In this document: positions 26,057 through 26,085 of the stretch, one piece after another
How positions within the stretch are numbered: position 1 is the stretch's first letter
Layout of the letters: each line of letters begins with the position of its first letter
IMG/VR virus record: IMGVR_UViG_3300031977_000095
Coordinates: 1-26,085 of that record
Reading direction: 5' to 3' (one strand)
Source of the DNA: a virus
Lineage: Duplodnaviria > Caudoviricetes
Length of the DNA stretch: 26,085 nucleotides
Made by a program: the position numbers and the translations under genes
The notes under the pieces: generated by a model
Told to the model about the DNA's origin: nothing
Database searches by the model: none
What the model saw: only the letters and a program-made list of their open reading frames with translations

Positions 26057-26085
26057 ACGATACTCCAATAACCGTTAACAGTCAC
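26053..26085 (-). CDS. 3' end of an upstream tail-associated gene (partial, ...VTVNGYWSIV*)
   Basis: Open frame from the window edge; its stop overlaps the ATG at 26056. Confidence 0.5.
   Translation of the reverse strand: MTVNGYWSIV

Noticed and set aside
24904-26085. Paralog array as a diversity-generating retroelement or invertible cassette
   Set aside because: No reverse transcriptase, no template/variable repeat pair with adenine-specific differences, and the repeats are direct rather than inverted.
1-26085. tRNA genes, phage RNA polymerase or T7-type phage promoters
   Set aside because: There is almost no intergenic space, and I recognised no cloverleaf, RNAP gene or repeated ~23-bp promoter in this window.

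Overview
This window is an internal ~26 kb segment of a marine T7-like podophage genome, most likely HMO-2011-type (phages of SAR116 and Roseobacter-group alphaproteobacteria). The assignment rests on a family A DNA polymerase with an inserted DnaJ-type zinc finger and a tyrosine integrase directly upstream of primase and helicase. The + strand arm (1-14432) carries early, replication and nucleotide-metabolism genes: HNH nuclease, DenV-like glycosylase, DUF932, ADP-ribosylglycohydrolase, integrase, primase, helicase, PolA, SSB-like protein, Cas4-like exonuclease, endonuclease I, DUF3310, class II RNR, GIY-YIG protein and MazG. It converges at a bidirectional terminator (~14416-14447) with a - strand morphogenesis arm of tail-fibre-associated paralogs, a holin-like peptide and internal virion/ejection proteins. 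The most striking observation is that the last gene of the virion arm (14446-16386) contains a cryptic ADP-ribosyltransferase fold (FHG ... I-x4-GF-x-P ... STS ... ExE) behind a pre-toxin-like N-terminus, while the early arm encodes an intact DraG/ARH-family hydrolase. Together they are a candidate phage-encoded ADP-ribosylation writer/eraser system. All calls come from reading motifs by eye; no database search was run.
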